Assembly: GCA_965231085.1 (NCBI GenBank)
Contig: OZ246413.1
Span: 155,991-219,990 of the forward strand
Direction: 5' to 3'
DNA: 64,000 nucleotides
Source of the DNA: an uncultured Candidatus Saccharibacteria bacterium
Lineage (GTDB): Bacteria > Patescibacteriota > Saccharimonadia > Saccharimonadales > UBA10212
Every line of letters begins with the position of its first letter. Position 1 is the first letter of the stretch. The notes below the pieces were generated by a model. That model was not told the origin of the DNA. It saw nothing but the letters and a program-made list of their open reading frames with translations, and made no database searches. The position numbers were made by a program, and so were the translations under genes. Below are positions 38,149 to 47,754 of the stretch, one piece after another.

Positions 38149-39360
38149 ATGCCAAATAAATATAGATCTGGGCCCTGGCCAATTAAAAAAATCCTGAGCC
38201 TTTTGATTTTTACCGCTCTTATTTTTGGGCTTGGGGTATCAGTTGGACGAGGCAACATTAACCTGGGTAACCTTAGCCTGAGCGCCAGCTCCAAGGCCTC
38301 CACGCAGCTTGATTATTCATCGGTAGATCGAGTTTATTCACTGTTGCAAAAAGATTTCGACGGTACCCTGGATCCATTAAAGCTTATTGATGGATTAAAA
38401 TCTGGTCTTGTGAGTTCGGCGGGTGATCCTTATACAGTTTATTTTAACCCTAAGGATGCCAAGGCTTTTAACGATCAACTGTCAGGGAGTATTACCGGAA
38501 TAGGCGCTGAGCTGGGCAGCGATAGCAGCAACGATATCGTTATAGTTTCGCCACTGTCTGGCTACCCAGCCGAAAAAGCTGGACTAAAATCTAAAGACTT
38601 AATAGCTGCAATCGATGGCCAAACTACAAGTGGTATGAGCGTTGATACAGCCGTTTCAAAGATTCGAGGTAATCCCGGTACTCAGGTGAAGCTTACAATT
38701 GTCCGCGACGGTGGAGCACCGTTTGAGGTAACGATTACTCGCGAAAAAATCACTATTCCTTCTGTTGAGTATCACGAGGACGGCAACATTGGCTACATAA
38801 AGATAAGCCAGTTTGGTCCGGACACAGTTGATCTTGCCCAAAAGGCAGCTCAGGAGTTTAAGGACAAAGGTGTTAAGGGGGTGGTGCTTGATCTTCGTAA
38901 TAACCCGGGTGGCTATTTGTCTGGTGCGGTTGATATTTCTAGCCTGTGGTTGGATAGCGGCAAAACCGTTGTTACCGAAAAGCGCGGCCAAACAGTTATC
39001 GACACTCAATACTCATCCGGAAACAGCTTGTTAAAAGGTTTACCAACAGTAGTTTTAATAAATGGCGGGAGTGCTAGTGCTAGTGAAATCACAGCTGGGG
39101 CTCTGAGCGATAACCAGGCGGCAACCTTGGTTGGCGAAAAGAGCTTTGGCAAAGGTAGTGTGCAGCAGGTAGAGAAGCTGGCAGATGGCTCAGAACTTAA
39201 AATCACGATTGCTCGTTGGTATACACCAAATGGCAAAAACATTGATAAGCAGGGCATAACACCTGATACGGCCGTATCAATCTCGGATGCTGATATAAAA
39301 GCTGGCAACGATCCCCAAAAAGACAAAGCCTACGAAATCTTGACGTCAAAAATTCAATAG
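38149..39360 (+). CDS. S41 carboxy-terminal processing protease with PDZ domain
   Basis: PDZ region plus the LDLRNNPGGYL and GGSASASEI motifs. Confidence 0.85.
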   Translation: MPNKYRSGPWPIKKILSLLIFTALIFGLGVSVGRGNINLGNLSLSASSKASTQLDYSSVDRVYSLLQKDFDGTLDPLKLIDGLKSGLVSSAGDPYTVYFNPKDAKAFNDQLSGSITGIGAELGSDSSNDIVIVSPLSGYPAEKAGLKSKDLIAAIDGQTTSGMSVDTAVSKIRGNPGTQVKLTIVRDGGAPFEVTITREKITIPSVEYHEDGNIGYIKISQFGPDTVDLAQKAAQEFKDKGVKGVVLDLRNNPGGYLSGAVDISSLWLDSGKTVVTEKRGQTVIDTQYSSGNSLLKGLPTVVLINGGSASASEITAGALSDNQAATLVGEKSFGKGSVQQVEKLADGSELKITIARWYTPNGKNIDKQGITPDTAVSISDADIKAGNDPQKDKAYEILTSKIQ

Positions 39361-39416
39361 TCGTTGCCTGTAACCAACTCTTTAGGGTACTATATCTTTA
39401 ATTATGGAGATTACGC

Positions 39417-41030
39417 GTGGCAAAACACCAGGCTCAAACTAAATATGTGTTTGTGACTGGCGGCGTCCTTTCGGGCGTCGGCAAGGGAATTACTGCTGCC
39501 TCAATCGGCACAATATTAAAGGCCCGCGGATTATCGGTAAACATCCAAAAGTGCGACCCATATCTGAACGTCGATGCTGGTACGCTCAACCCGGCTGAGC
39601 ACGGCGAATGCTTTGTTACTCGTGATGGCGCCGAAACAGACCTAGATCTTGGTCACTACGAGCGCTTTATGGATATTGAGTTGACTCAAAGCAGCAGCTT
39701 GATGTCCGGGCGCATATTGCAAACAGTTATTAGCGATGAGCGCAGGGGTAAGTATTTGGGCAAGACGGTTCAAATTATCCCGCATGTCACTAACCAAATT
39801 CAAAAAACGATTGCCGAAACGGGCAAGGGCTTTGATGTTCATATTGTTGAGATTGGCGGCACGGTTGGGGATTACGAAGGCCTAAGCTTTATTGAAGCAA
39901 TTCGCGAAATGGGGATGAAGGTTGGTGCCGAAAACTGTATTTATGTCCACGTTGTTTATATTCCGTACCTTGGTGCTAGCCATGAATTTAAAACCAAACC
40001 AGCTCAGAATGCTGTTAGGGAGCTGCGCGGTCTTGGAATTGTGCCAGACATAGTGGTTGCTCGGAGCGAGGTCATGCCACCTAAATCGGTTGTGCCCAAG
40101 CTAGCCCTATTTACTGGCGTTGATGAAGAAGCGGTTTTCTTGATGCCTAACGTCCCGAGTATTTACGAAGTCCCTTTAACTCTTGAAAAATCTAAAACTG
40201 CCGAAGTCGTTATCGAGCGATTGGGGCTTCGTGCTCATAAACCAGATTTGAGTAGTTGGAGCCGCATGGTCAAGAACTCACTTACGACCTATAAAAACAC
40301 AGTCAAGATTGGCGTAATAGCTAAGTACGTAGACAACAAAGACACTTATATGTCCGTTTTTGAAGCACTAAGAGCGGCGGCCTGGTCAAACGAAGTTAAT
40401 ATTGATCTTGTTTGGGTTCACGCCGAGAAGCTCGAAAAAGACAAGAAGTATAGCGAGATTCTTTCTAGTCTAGATGGAATCGTAGTGCCTGGCGGTTTTG
40501 GCTCGAGGGGCATTGAAGGTAAGATCATGGCTGCAGGCTACGCACTCGACAGTAAAACACCTTATCTGGGGTTATGTCTTGGCTTGCAAGTTGGTTTGAT
40601 TGCTTCCGCTAGAAGAGCTGGGTTAAGCCGAGCCAACTCTACTGAGTTTGATCCAAAAACTCCCGACCCAGTGGTTAGTACAATGCTAGAGCAAATTGGC
40701 AAGGAGAACACCGGTGGCACAATGCGGCTGGGTGACTATAAGTGCGTGTTAGAGTCTGGCAGCAAGGCTCGTAAAGCATACGGTCAAAGTGAAATCGTTG
40801 AACGCCACCGCCACCGCTACGAAGCTAATAACAGTTACTTGGATAAATATGGCGAGTGGGGGATATCCGCTAGTGGCATGAGCCCCGATGGCAAGTTGGT
40901 GGAAATGATTGAAGCTAAGGATCATCCGTTCTTTGTGGGCACTCAAGCTCACCCTGAATTTCGTTCACGTCCAGCCCGCCCACACCCACTGTTTGTGAGC
41001 TTTATAAAATCCGTTATCGCCAATAAGTAA
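39417..41030 (+). CDS. pyrG: CTP synthase
   Basis: KYVFVTGGVLSGVGKG N-terminus and a GATase domain (GLCLGLQ, HRHRYE). Confidence 0.95.
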   Translation: MAKHQAQTKYVFVTGGVLSGVGKGITAASIGTILKARGLSVNIQKCDPYLNVDAGTLNPAEHGECFVTRDGAETDLDLGHYERFMDIELTQSSSLMSGRILQTVISDERRGKYLGKTVQIIPHVTNQIQKTIAETGKGFDVHIVEIGGTVGDYEGLSFIEAIREMGMKVGAENCIYVHVVYIPYLGASHEFKTKPAQNAVRELRGLGIVPDIVVARSEVMPPKSVVPKLALFTGVDEEAVFLMPNVPSIYEVPLTLEKSKTAEVVIERLGLRAHKPDLSSWSRMVKNSLTTYKNTVKIGVIAKYVDNKDTYMSVFEALRAAAWSNEVNIDLVWVHAEKLEKDKKYSEILSSLDGIVVPGGFGSRGIEGKIMAAGYALDSKTPYLGLCLGLQVGLIASARRAGLSRANSTEFDPKTPDPVVSTMLEQIGKENTGGTMRLGDYKCVLESGSKARKAYGQSEIVERHRHRYEANNSYLDKYGEWGISASGMSPDGKLVEMIEAKDHPFFVGTQAHPEFRSRPARPHPLFVSFIKSVIANK

Positions 41031-41043
41031 AAACTTAGATTTT

Positions 41044-41316
41044 TTAGTCGACGGTAACTTCGGTACGGCTAACACTTCGGCCGCTGAAAGTTCGGATACG
41101 GCGTTCTTTAAAGCCTACGATCCCGTCCTTAGCTGCATGAATTGTATAATTTCGAGAAATAAAAGTACCCTTACCAGATCGTTTAGTCTGGCCAACTTGC
41201 CGCACAAGAACATCGCCAGTCTTAACCTTTTGGCCACCCCACGCCTTAATACCCAGTCTTTGGCCTGGGCTATCGTGTACGTTTTTGGCTGTTCCGCCAG
41301 CTTTTACATGACTCAT
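41044..41316 (-). CDS. rpmA: 50S ribosomal protein L27
   Basis: Starts MSHVKAGGTAKNVHDSPGQRLGIK. Not adjacent to rplU. Confidence 0.9.
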   Translation of the reverse strand: MSHVKAGGTAKNVHDSPGQRLGIKAWGGQKVKTGDVLVRQVGQTKRSGKGTFISRNYTIHAAKDGIVGFKERRIRTFSGRSVSRTEVTVD

Positions 41317-41317
41317 G

Positions 41318-42493
41318 TTATTTCTTCTCGATTCTTATTAATTGTCTAGCCACGACTTGGTCCTCGCGGTAGTAAACCAGCTCAGAGTTCGGTACGTGTT
41401 TTAATTCCAAGTAATTGTACCCCATCTCTGTTAAATGGTCAATAAGCGGTAGCTGCATAAAAATACCGTCTGGGCGCCGCCAGGCAGGGACGGCTAGGCA
41501 AGCTATTTGGCCTGATTTCATTTGCGGCAACAAATTAATCAAGAACTTTTTGATAATAGTATTAACATCAGAAATTGCTTGCTTAAGGTCGGTTTCATTA
41601 GGAAAGCTAGAAAAAGGTCTGCCAAGATAGGTTTCACTGGCGACGCTGTCGAATTCTGGCCAATGATGGTTGGTGGCATCTGCAGCCTCTAAATCAGGTT
41701 CAGCCCCTAAGTTAGGATATTGCTTAGCTAGCCACGCCAGATTTTCTCGGGAATATTCAATCATTCGTGGTTCTAGATCTGTGCCAATTGCCCTATAACC
41801 CATCAATAAAGCTTCCTGCAAAAGCACGCCAGTGCCGCAGAACGGATCCAGAATTGTTCCACCATCGCGGGTATTGGTTAGGTTGATTATGGTTTGAGCG
41901 AGTTTTGGCGGCAGCATGCCAACCCTAGAATCACGTTTTGGTCTGGCTTGGTCGCGAGCTGCGTAGGCATCAATATCTTGCACGAACAAAGTTTGGGCCA
42001 CTAAAGTCTCGCTGCCATTTCGGATAAGTAGCAATTCCCAGGCCCCCCGGTGCGTTAACTTATTAAATAGCACCTGCGCGCTATTAAGTTCCAATGCTTT
42101 ATTTTGTAAAACCCTTACCGGTCGACCGGAAGCCCTAATAATTTTCTTTACCTGCAGGAGAGTTTTGTTAATTTCCTCAACTCGCGCATCAACACCATAA
42201 ACGCTAAGACCTAGAGTAATTTTGCCCTCGTCAAGCATGGCAACGTGCTTTGGTACGTCATTCTTTAAATATTTGGATAATCGGTCCCAGTCGCTATAGG
42301 GTAGGGTTTCAAGAATCCTGGCGACCTTAATGCTGCCGCCCAGCCGTTTGAAGTTAATAGTCTCAGCCGGAATATCAAGTAGAGCTGCGCCTTCAATCGG
42401 CGCAACATGCTCGGATCCATAGAGACTTTCCAACTCGGCTACACCTAGAGCGGGCAGGCGCCCTAATATACATATACTTTTAAAATTATTCAT
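41318..42493 (-). CDS. Putative SAM-dependent RNA methyltransferase (THUMP/Trm11/RlmL-like)
   Basis: SAM-binding LDPFCGTGVLLQEA...GTDLE with an N-terminal putative RNA-binding region. Confidence 0.5.
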   Translation of the reverse strand: MNNFKSICILGRLPALGVAELESLYGSEHVAPIEGAALLDIPAETINFKRLGGSIKVARILETLPYSDWDRLSKYLKNDVPKHVAMLDEGKITLGLSVYGVDARVEEINKTLLQVKKIIRASGRPVRVLQNKALELNSAQVLFNKLTHRGAWELLLIRNGSETLVAQTLFVQDIDAYAARDQARPKRDSRVGMLPPKLAQTIINLTNTRDGGTILDPFCGTGVLLQEALLMGYRAIGTDLEPRMIEYSRENLAWLAKQYPNLGAEPDLEAADATNHHWPEFDSVASETYLGRPFSSFPNETDLKQAISDVNTIIKKFLINLLPQMKSGQIACLAVPAWRRPDGIFMQLPLIDHLTEMGYNYLELKHVPNSELVYYREDQVVARQLIRIEKK

Positions 42494-42530
42494 TGCTTAC
42501 TTAAGATATAATACCTCATATAAACTATTT

Positions 42531-43577
42531 ATGACTCAAACTCCAGATACACACAAACCTAAGTGGCGCCAAATTCTTACGCTTGTAACCTTCTTAATCA
42601 TGGCCGTTTTGGTTTACAGCCTGCGCAAGCAAATAGGCAGCGTCATACAGGATTTTGGGAAGATTAATGCTTTTGCGCTGCTTCTAATTATTCCGGTAGA
42701 GTTCTTAAATTATGATGCCTATGCTCGCTTTCTCAGAAAGATATATTCTATTCTAGGTGAGCAGGTTAGGTACTCTACGATGTTCAAGTTCATGCTCGAG
42801 CTAAATTTCGTTAACCATATTTTGCCTAGTGGCGGTGTGAGCGGTATTTCATATTTTAATCTTAGGGCCAGAAGCTTGGGCATCAGCTCAGGCAAAAATA
42901 CCTTAACCCAGTTTATGAAATTCTTTTTATTATTCCTTAGCTTCCAGCCATTACTAGTTTTGGCGGTCTTTTTGTTAGCTGCCCGGGGTCATACCAATAA
43001 CCTCATTTTAGTTACCGTTACTTCGCTAATCACACTGCTGATTGTTGGTACGGCTATCATGATATACATTATCGAAAGTCGTACGCGGATCAACGGCGCA
43101 ATGACGTTTGTAACCAAAGTAATAAATCGGATTATTCAGATTGTTCGCCCTAAATTTCCAGAGACTATCAAGGTGGCTAGTGTTCAGCGCACATTCAATG
43201 AGCTTCATGATAATTATGTTGAGCTAAAATCCAGATGGCGTGATTTAAAGTCGCCTTTCTTCTACATGTTAATGGCCAACGTAACAGAAATTGCTGCCCT
43301 TTATGTTGTCTACATCGCCTTTGGCGAATTTGTTAATGTTGGGGCAATAATTTTAGCCTACGCCATTGCTAATTTCGCCGGGCTGATTTCGGTACTGCCA
43401 GCCGGAATTGGCGTATGGGAGGGTTTAATGACCGGTGTGCTGGTGGCTTGTGGCGTGCCAGCTGAGCTCAGCATTCCGGTGACTATCATGTACCGAGTTG
43501 TAAATATGTTTATTCAGTTAACACCAGGCTATTTTCTGTATCAGAAAGCTCTAAAAAACGGTCTATCAACCAGCTAG
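42531..43577 (+). CDS. Polytopic membrane protein, LPG-synthase-TM / UPF0104-like
   Basis: 348 aa with about 8 TM segments. Family assignment is tentative. Confidence 0.45.
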   Translation: MTQTPDTHKPKWRQILTLVTFLIMAVLVYSLRKQIGSVIQDFGKINAFALLLIIPVEFLNYDAYARFLRKIYSILGEQVRYSTMFKFMLELNFVNHILPSGGVSGISYFNLRARSLGISSGKNTLTQFMKFFLLFLSFQPLLVLAVFLLAARGHTNNLILVTVTSLITLLIVGTAIMIYIIESRTRINGAMTFVTKVINRIIQIVRPKFPETIKVASVQRTFNELHDNYVELKSRWRDLKSPFFYMLMANVTEIAALYVVYIAFGEFVNVGAIILAYAIANFAGLISVLPAGIGVWEGLMTGVLVACGVPAELSIPVTIMYRVVNMFIQLTPGYFLYQKALKNGLSTS

Positions 43578-43688
43578 TGATGCAATCCCGTTAGAACTAA
43601 AAAACAGATGAAAGCAACAAGATGTTTAAAGCCCAGATAACCACCATAGCCGTCATTAAGTCGGTTAAATTGAGTGAGTTCTAACGGG

Positions 43689-44810
43689 ATGCAAGACGTA
43701 ATTCTAAGCCCGAGCGATTTTGTAGCACTGGTTAACCAGACTTTCGAATTTGCATTCCCGATTATTGCTATTGAGGGCGAAGTATCGGAGTTTAGAATTT
43801 CAAAAAACCGTTGGGTGTATTTTAATCTTAAAGACGATGTATCGGTTGTTAAGTTTTTTGGCACGGTCTATCAAATGCCGGGCCCGCTTGAGGACGGAAT
43901 GATGGTTCGGGTTATGGGCTCGCCGCGTTTGCATGAAAAATTTGGCTTTAGCGTTACGGTCCAGTCTGTTGTGCCAGTAGGGCAGGGCTCAATAAAAAAG
44001 GCTGCTGATTTGCTACGGATTAAGTTAGAGAAAGAGGGGTTGTTTGCGCTTGAGCGGAAACGGCTATTACCAAAATACCCGGTTAGGGTAGGGCTAGTAA
44101 CCGCCGGAACTTCGGCCGCATATGCGGACTTTATCAAGATTGCCGCTGAACGGTGGGGTGGTGTAGAGATTACGCTGGCTGATGTGCATGTGCAGGGTGA
44201 ACAAGCACCAGGACTAATAATTGAGGCGATAGAGAAGCTTAACATGTTAAGTAATCCTCTGCAGGTAATTGTTATTATCCGTGGCGGTGGAAGCGCTGAA
44301 GACTTAGCAGCGTTTAACGACGAGCGGGTTGTAAGGGCGGTGGCCGCTAGCCGCATCCCGACAGTTGTAGCTATAGGGCACGAAGTAGATGAAAGTCTGG
44401 CTGAGCTAGCAGCAGATCTGCGGGCTAGCACTCCCAGTAATGCTGCCCAACTTATCTTCCCAGACAAAAAACACGAACTGTCAAATTTAAAAAGCTTGAG
44501 TCAGTCTATTCAGGCCGAAGTCTTAGATTTATATATTGCTGCTTACGACGAGCTAAACAATGGGGCGGTGAATATCCGTAGAGCCGTCCAAGGTATTTTC
44601 GATTTTGAGAACCAGCGACTGGCTAGTAGCCTTCGGTTAGTAAAAATATTTAATCCGGCAGAAGCCTTAAAACGTGGTTACGCCATAGTTCGTAAGGATG
44701 GAGAATTAATTACAAGCATCAACCAAGTGAAGATTAGCGACTCGATTGACCTGAATTTATCGGATGGTACAATACGAGCAAACATAAGTAAGGTGGAAAA
44801 GGAGATCTAA
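43689..44810 (+). CDS. xseA: Exodeoxyribonuclease VII large subunit
   Basis: OB-fold N-terminus (VEGEVSEF...WVYFNLKD) and the IIRGGGSAEDL motif. Confidence 0.85.
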   Translation: MQDVILSPSDFVALVNQTFEFAFPIIAIEGEVSEFRISKNRWVYFNLKDDVSVVKFFGTVYQMPGPLEDGMMVRVMGSPRLHEKFGFSVTVQSVVPVGQGSIKKAADLLRIKLEKEGLFALERKRLLPKYPVRVGLVTAGTSAAYADFIKIAAERWGGVEITLADVHVQGEQAPGLIIEAIEKLNMLSNPLQVIVIIRGGGSAEDLAAFNDERVVRAVAASRIPTVVAIGHEVDESLAELAADLRASTPSNAAQLIFPDKKHELSNLKSLSQSIQAEVLDLYIAAYDELNNGAVNIRRAVQGIFDFENQRLASSLRLVKIFNPAEALKRGYAIVRKDGELITSINQVKISDSIDLNLSDGTIRANISKVEKEI

Positions 44811-44812
44811 AT

Positions 44813-45112
44813 ATGAGTATCGAATTTTCATCATCAACGCCCGAGATTAGAAGGCTTGCAGGTGATGCTGGTCATCTTGCAGGCGATGCTATGCGAGCTA
44901 CTGGTGCTAGCCCATCAGCTGCATATGGCCTTGGAGCCAATGCCGGAGGTATGGCAGTAGAAATTTTGCTAGGCGCACTTGCTGAGGAAGAACTCTTAGA
45001 GCTTGCTGGAACAGAGATTGATCTTATTCGGAGTGCCATGGACCGTATTGTAGCCAGAGCTAACATCCCAGAGGCACTCGCGAGATTAAGAGCTGACGAA
45101 GCAACGAGATGA
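44813..45112 (+). CDS. Ala/Gly/Leu-rich 99-aa ORFan inserted between xseA and xseB
   Basis: ATG 2 nt after the xseA stop, preceded by GGAG. About 50% GC with A/T-ending codons. Confidence 0.45.
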   Translation: MSIEFSSSTPEIRRLAGDAGHLAGDAMRATGASPSAAYGLGANAGGMAVEILLGALAEEELLELAGTEIDLIRSAMDRIVARANIPEALARLRADEATR

Positions 45113-45134
45113 AAGTAATTAGTTTAAATTCTAT

Positions 45135-45335
45135 ATGATGGCAGGTGTAAATAAATCGTATCAGCAAATGAATGACGAACTGGCTGAGCTTATGGCTTGG
45201 TTTGAAAGTGAGCACGTTGATCTTGACCAAGCCGTGGCTAAATACGAAGAAGCTATGAAGCTGCTCGAGCAGATGCAAAAGCACTTAAAAACCGCCGAGA
45301 TTAATATTAAAAAAATCTCTGCTAAGTTCGAGTGA
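45135..45335 (+). CDS. xseB: Exodeoxyribonuclease VII small subunit
   Basis: 66-aa helical hairpin protein (LDQAVAKYEEAMKLL). Confidence 0.8.
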   Translation: MMAGVNKSYQQMNDELAELMAWFESEHVDLDQAVAKYEEAMKLLEQMQKHLKTAEINIKKISAKFE

Positions 45336-45832
45336 TGATTACTTATTTGCTAGTGGTTTTAATAATATGTTTTGGTGTTGTGTTGTTTTTTGGCGCGCCT
45401 TATCTTCCGACCAGGCGGCAGGAGCGTCTTAGGGCTCTGGAACTACTTAAGCTAAAGCCCGGGCAAACACTGCTTGAGCTTGGGTCTGGCGATGGCAGCT
45501 TGCTAATCGCAGCGGCAAAGTCTGGCCTAAAAGTTGTTGGCTATGAGCTTAACCCTATATTGGTGCTAGTCTCGTATCTTAGATGTTTTAAATATCGCAA
45601 GAACATTCGAATTATCTGGGGTAATTTTTGGCGCGCTGATTTATCAAATGCGGATGGTGTGTACGTTTTTTTGCTAGATAGATTTATGACAAAGTTAGAC
45701 GCCAAGCTTACCGGCACAAATAAAGAGTTAAAACTCGTTAGCTATGCTTTTGCTATTCCAGGGCGCAAAGTTATCAAAAAGACTGGTCCCATGTCGCTTT
45801 ATCACTATCAACCGATTGATAAGCAACACTAA
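45332..45832 (+). CDS. Small class I SAM-dependent methyltransferase with an N-terminal TM segment
   Basis: Contains LLELGSGDGSLLIAAAKSGLKVVGYELNP. Confidence 0.6.
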   Translation: MMITYLLVVLIICFGVVLFFGAPYLPTRRQERLRALELLKLKPGQTLLELGSGDGSLLIAAAKSGLKVVGYELNPILVLVSYLRCFKYRKNIRIIWGNFWRADLSNADGVYVFLLDRFMTKLDAKLTGTNKELKLVSYAFAIPGRKVIKKTGPMSLYHYQPIDKQH

Positions 45833-45851
45833 ATCGTTTAACATAAGCTTA

Positions 45852-46547
45852 ATGAATCCTCAGCAAGCAACTTATCCGCTACCAGTGCCACCCAAATCTA
45901 AAAAGACAACGCTATTTTTGATTGTTCTTGGGCTATTACTAATTGGTGCTTTGGCTTTTGGCATTTGGGCTTACATGGGTAAAAGTGATTTACAGAAAAA
46001 TACCAACCAAAAAATTACCGCGGCTGTAGCTAGTGCTAAAACGGCTCAGACCGCAACCTTGCAGGCTCAGTTTGATGAACAAAGTAAATCACCTAGTAAA
46101 ACTTTTACTGGTTCGGCCACCTACGGTAGCGTAACATTTAACTACCCAAAGACTTGGAGCGGCTACCTAGACACCAGCAACACCGGGCAGCCACTAAATG
46201 CCTATTTCTATCCAGACTTGGTGCCTGGCACACAGTCTGGCGCTAGCTATGCTCTAAGAGTAGAGATCGTTAATGATGCCTACGCCGATGTGCTTACTCA
46301 GTACCAGTCGCAAATTAGCGCTGGTAGTTTAACGGCCGCAGCCTATATTCCAGAAAAACTAAAAACTAATACCAGTGTTCAGGTTGGCACCAAGTTTGAT
46401 GGTCTTTTGACCTCAGATGCTAAGAGCAAAGGCTCCATGGTGGTTATGCGAGTAAGGGATAAAACTCTCAAGGTATATACCATGAGCAGTGACTTTGTGG
46501 CTGACTACAACAATACGATTCTGCCGTCGTTGACCTTTGTTCCATAA
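45852..46547 (+). CDS. Membrane-anchored hypothetical protein
   Basis: ATG at 45852 gives MNPQQATYPLPVPPKSKKTTLFLIVLGLLLIGALAF... The upstream extension overlaps the previous gene. Confidence 0.55.
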   Translation: MNPQQATYPLPVPPKSKKTTLFLIVLGLLLIGALAFGIWAYMGKSDLQKNTNQKITAAVASAKTAQTATLQAQFDEQSKSPSKTFTGSATYGSVTFNYPKTWSGYLDTSNTGQPLNAYFYPDLVPGTQSGASYALRVEIVNDAYADVLTQYQSQISAGSLTAAAYIPEKLKTNTSVQVGTKFDGLLTSDAKSKGSMVVMRVRDKTLKVYTMSSDFVADYNNTILPSLTFVP

Positions 46548-46625
46548 AGATAATTTTTACAATCATTAGTTACCATCGGAGGACAACCGATGTATAATTC
46601 AGTTATTGTTTGATGAGAGAGGGTA

Positions 46626-47369
46626 GTGAAAAGGCAGCTAAATCGTAATCAAGAACGGTTGGCCCGCCAGCGAGCTTTGCTGGTGGCTCTTAGTGACGAT
46701 CTAGCACTACCATTTCTACAAGTCAAAAACTCAATAGAAATAGCTGCTAGTGAGAGTTTTGCTAGTGAAGTTATGAATGAACATGCTAGCACTATTTCGC
46801 TGACGGCCGAAGCCGGTCTGCAGCTGGTCGAAGCTTATCGCCTACTACTCAGATCCGAAGAACTCTTAAATACTCCGTTTGAGCCAGTAGCAATCGGGGC
46901 CACTCTAGAAGAAGTTGCTCACCGTTTGCAAGGCTACGCCAAAAAATATGCCACTCGAATAGAAGTGGATGTGCAGGGCAGGTTTGCTCCGGTGCTAGCT
47001 AACCAAGAAAGCCTAGCAATGGCTATCGAGGTACTTAGCTCCAGTTTGATCCGTGCTCAGTCGGCACAGGAACACAAAGAGCTCCACCGTATAGTTTTAG
47101 GGGCTCATCGTTCGACGGACGGGTTGTTGGCCGCTGGGGTATTTAGTAATGTTCATGGTCTTAGCGACAAAAGCCTCAGAGCAGCTAGAAGCCTAGTTGG
47201 GCAGGCTCGCCAACCGCTACCAGCCATACCACCGGGAGCCGCCAGTGGCATATTGGTTGCAGATATGTTGTGTGCCACACTCTGGCAACCACTTAGAACT
47301 GCCGCGCACCGTTCGCTTGGTGGACTGGCCACAAATCTACCAATTTCTAAGCAGCTGCAGTTTATATAA
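46626..47369 (+). CDS. Hypothetical protein with degenerate histidine-kinase-like layout (no phospho-acceptor His seen)
   Basis: LVALSDDLALPFLQV occupies the place of an H-box, and a region reminiscent of an N-box follows. No clear G-boxes. Immediately upstream of a receiver domain. Confidence 0.4.
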   Translation: MKRQLNRNQERLARQRALLVALSDDLALPFLQVKNSIEIAASESFASEVMNEHASTISLTAEAGLQLVEAYRLLLRSEELLNTPFEPVAIGATLEEVAHRLQGYAKKYATRIEVDVQGRFAPVLANQESLAMAIEVLSSSLIRAQSAQEHKELHRIVLGAHRSTDGLLAAGVFSNVHGLSDKSLRAARSLVGQARQPLPAIPPGAASGILVADMLCATLWQPLRTAAHRSLGGLATNLPISKQLQFI

Positions 47370-47370
47370 A

Positions 47371-47754
47371 ATGGCCAGAGCTTTAATTTTAGAATCAGAC
47401 AAAGTCCTGGCTTTGGGTATCGCTAGCGCCTTGAAAACAAAAGGCCATGTTGTTGATTGGGCAGTTGAGCCTCAGGCTGCAATTAGCGCGGCCGATAAGA
47501 ACACGCCGGACGTGGTAGTCATGGACTTATTATTGGCCGGCCGCAGCGGCGTTGAGTTCTTGTATGAATTTGTTAGTTACCCGGAGTGGCAGACTGTACC
47601 AGTGGTTTTACTAGCCTCGGTTCCAGAACACGAAGTTAACGTTCATGGCGATGGTTTTGCTCAGCTAAACGTTAAGAAATACCTTTATAAACCACACGCT
47701 TCCATAGCCCAAATTATGGATGCCGTGGACTACGCTACTAAAGTAACGCAATGA
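47371..47754 (+). CDS. Stand-alone response-regulator receiver domain
   Basis: MARALILESD...PDVVVMDLLLAGRSG...VLLAS, a CheY-like pattern. Confidence 0.7.
   Translation: MARALILESDKVLALGIASALKTKGHVVDWAVEPQAAISAADKNTPDVVVMDLLLAGRSGVEFLYEFVSYPEWQTVPVVLLASVPEHEVNVHGDGFAQLNVKKYLYKPHASIAQIMDAVDYATKVTQ

Noticed and set aside
43574-43864. 96-aa minus-strand ORF between the membrane protein and xseA
   Set aside because: It overlaps the 5' end of xseA on the opposite strand, and has no SD or promoter and no recognisable features.
16664-47370. Long upstream extensions of tracked ORFs (tsf from 16664, M16 from 31879, 45744, 47197, 2293, 26617, 36931)
   Set aside because: The extensions overlap the preceding gene's coding sequence. 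Internal starts give canonical N-termini or sit behind an SD.
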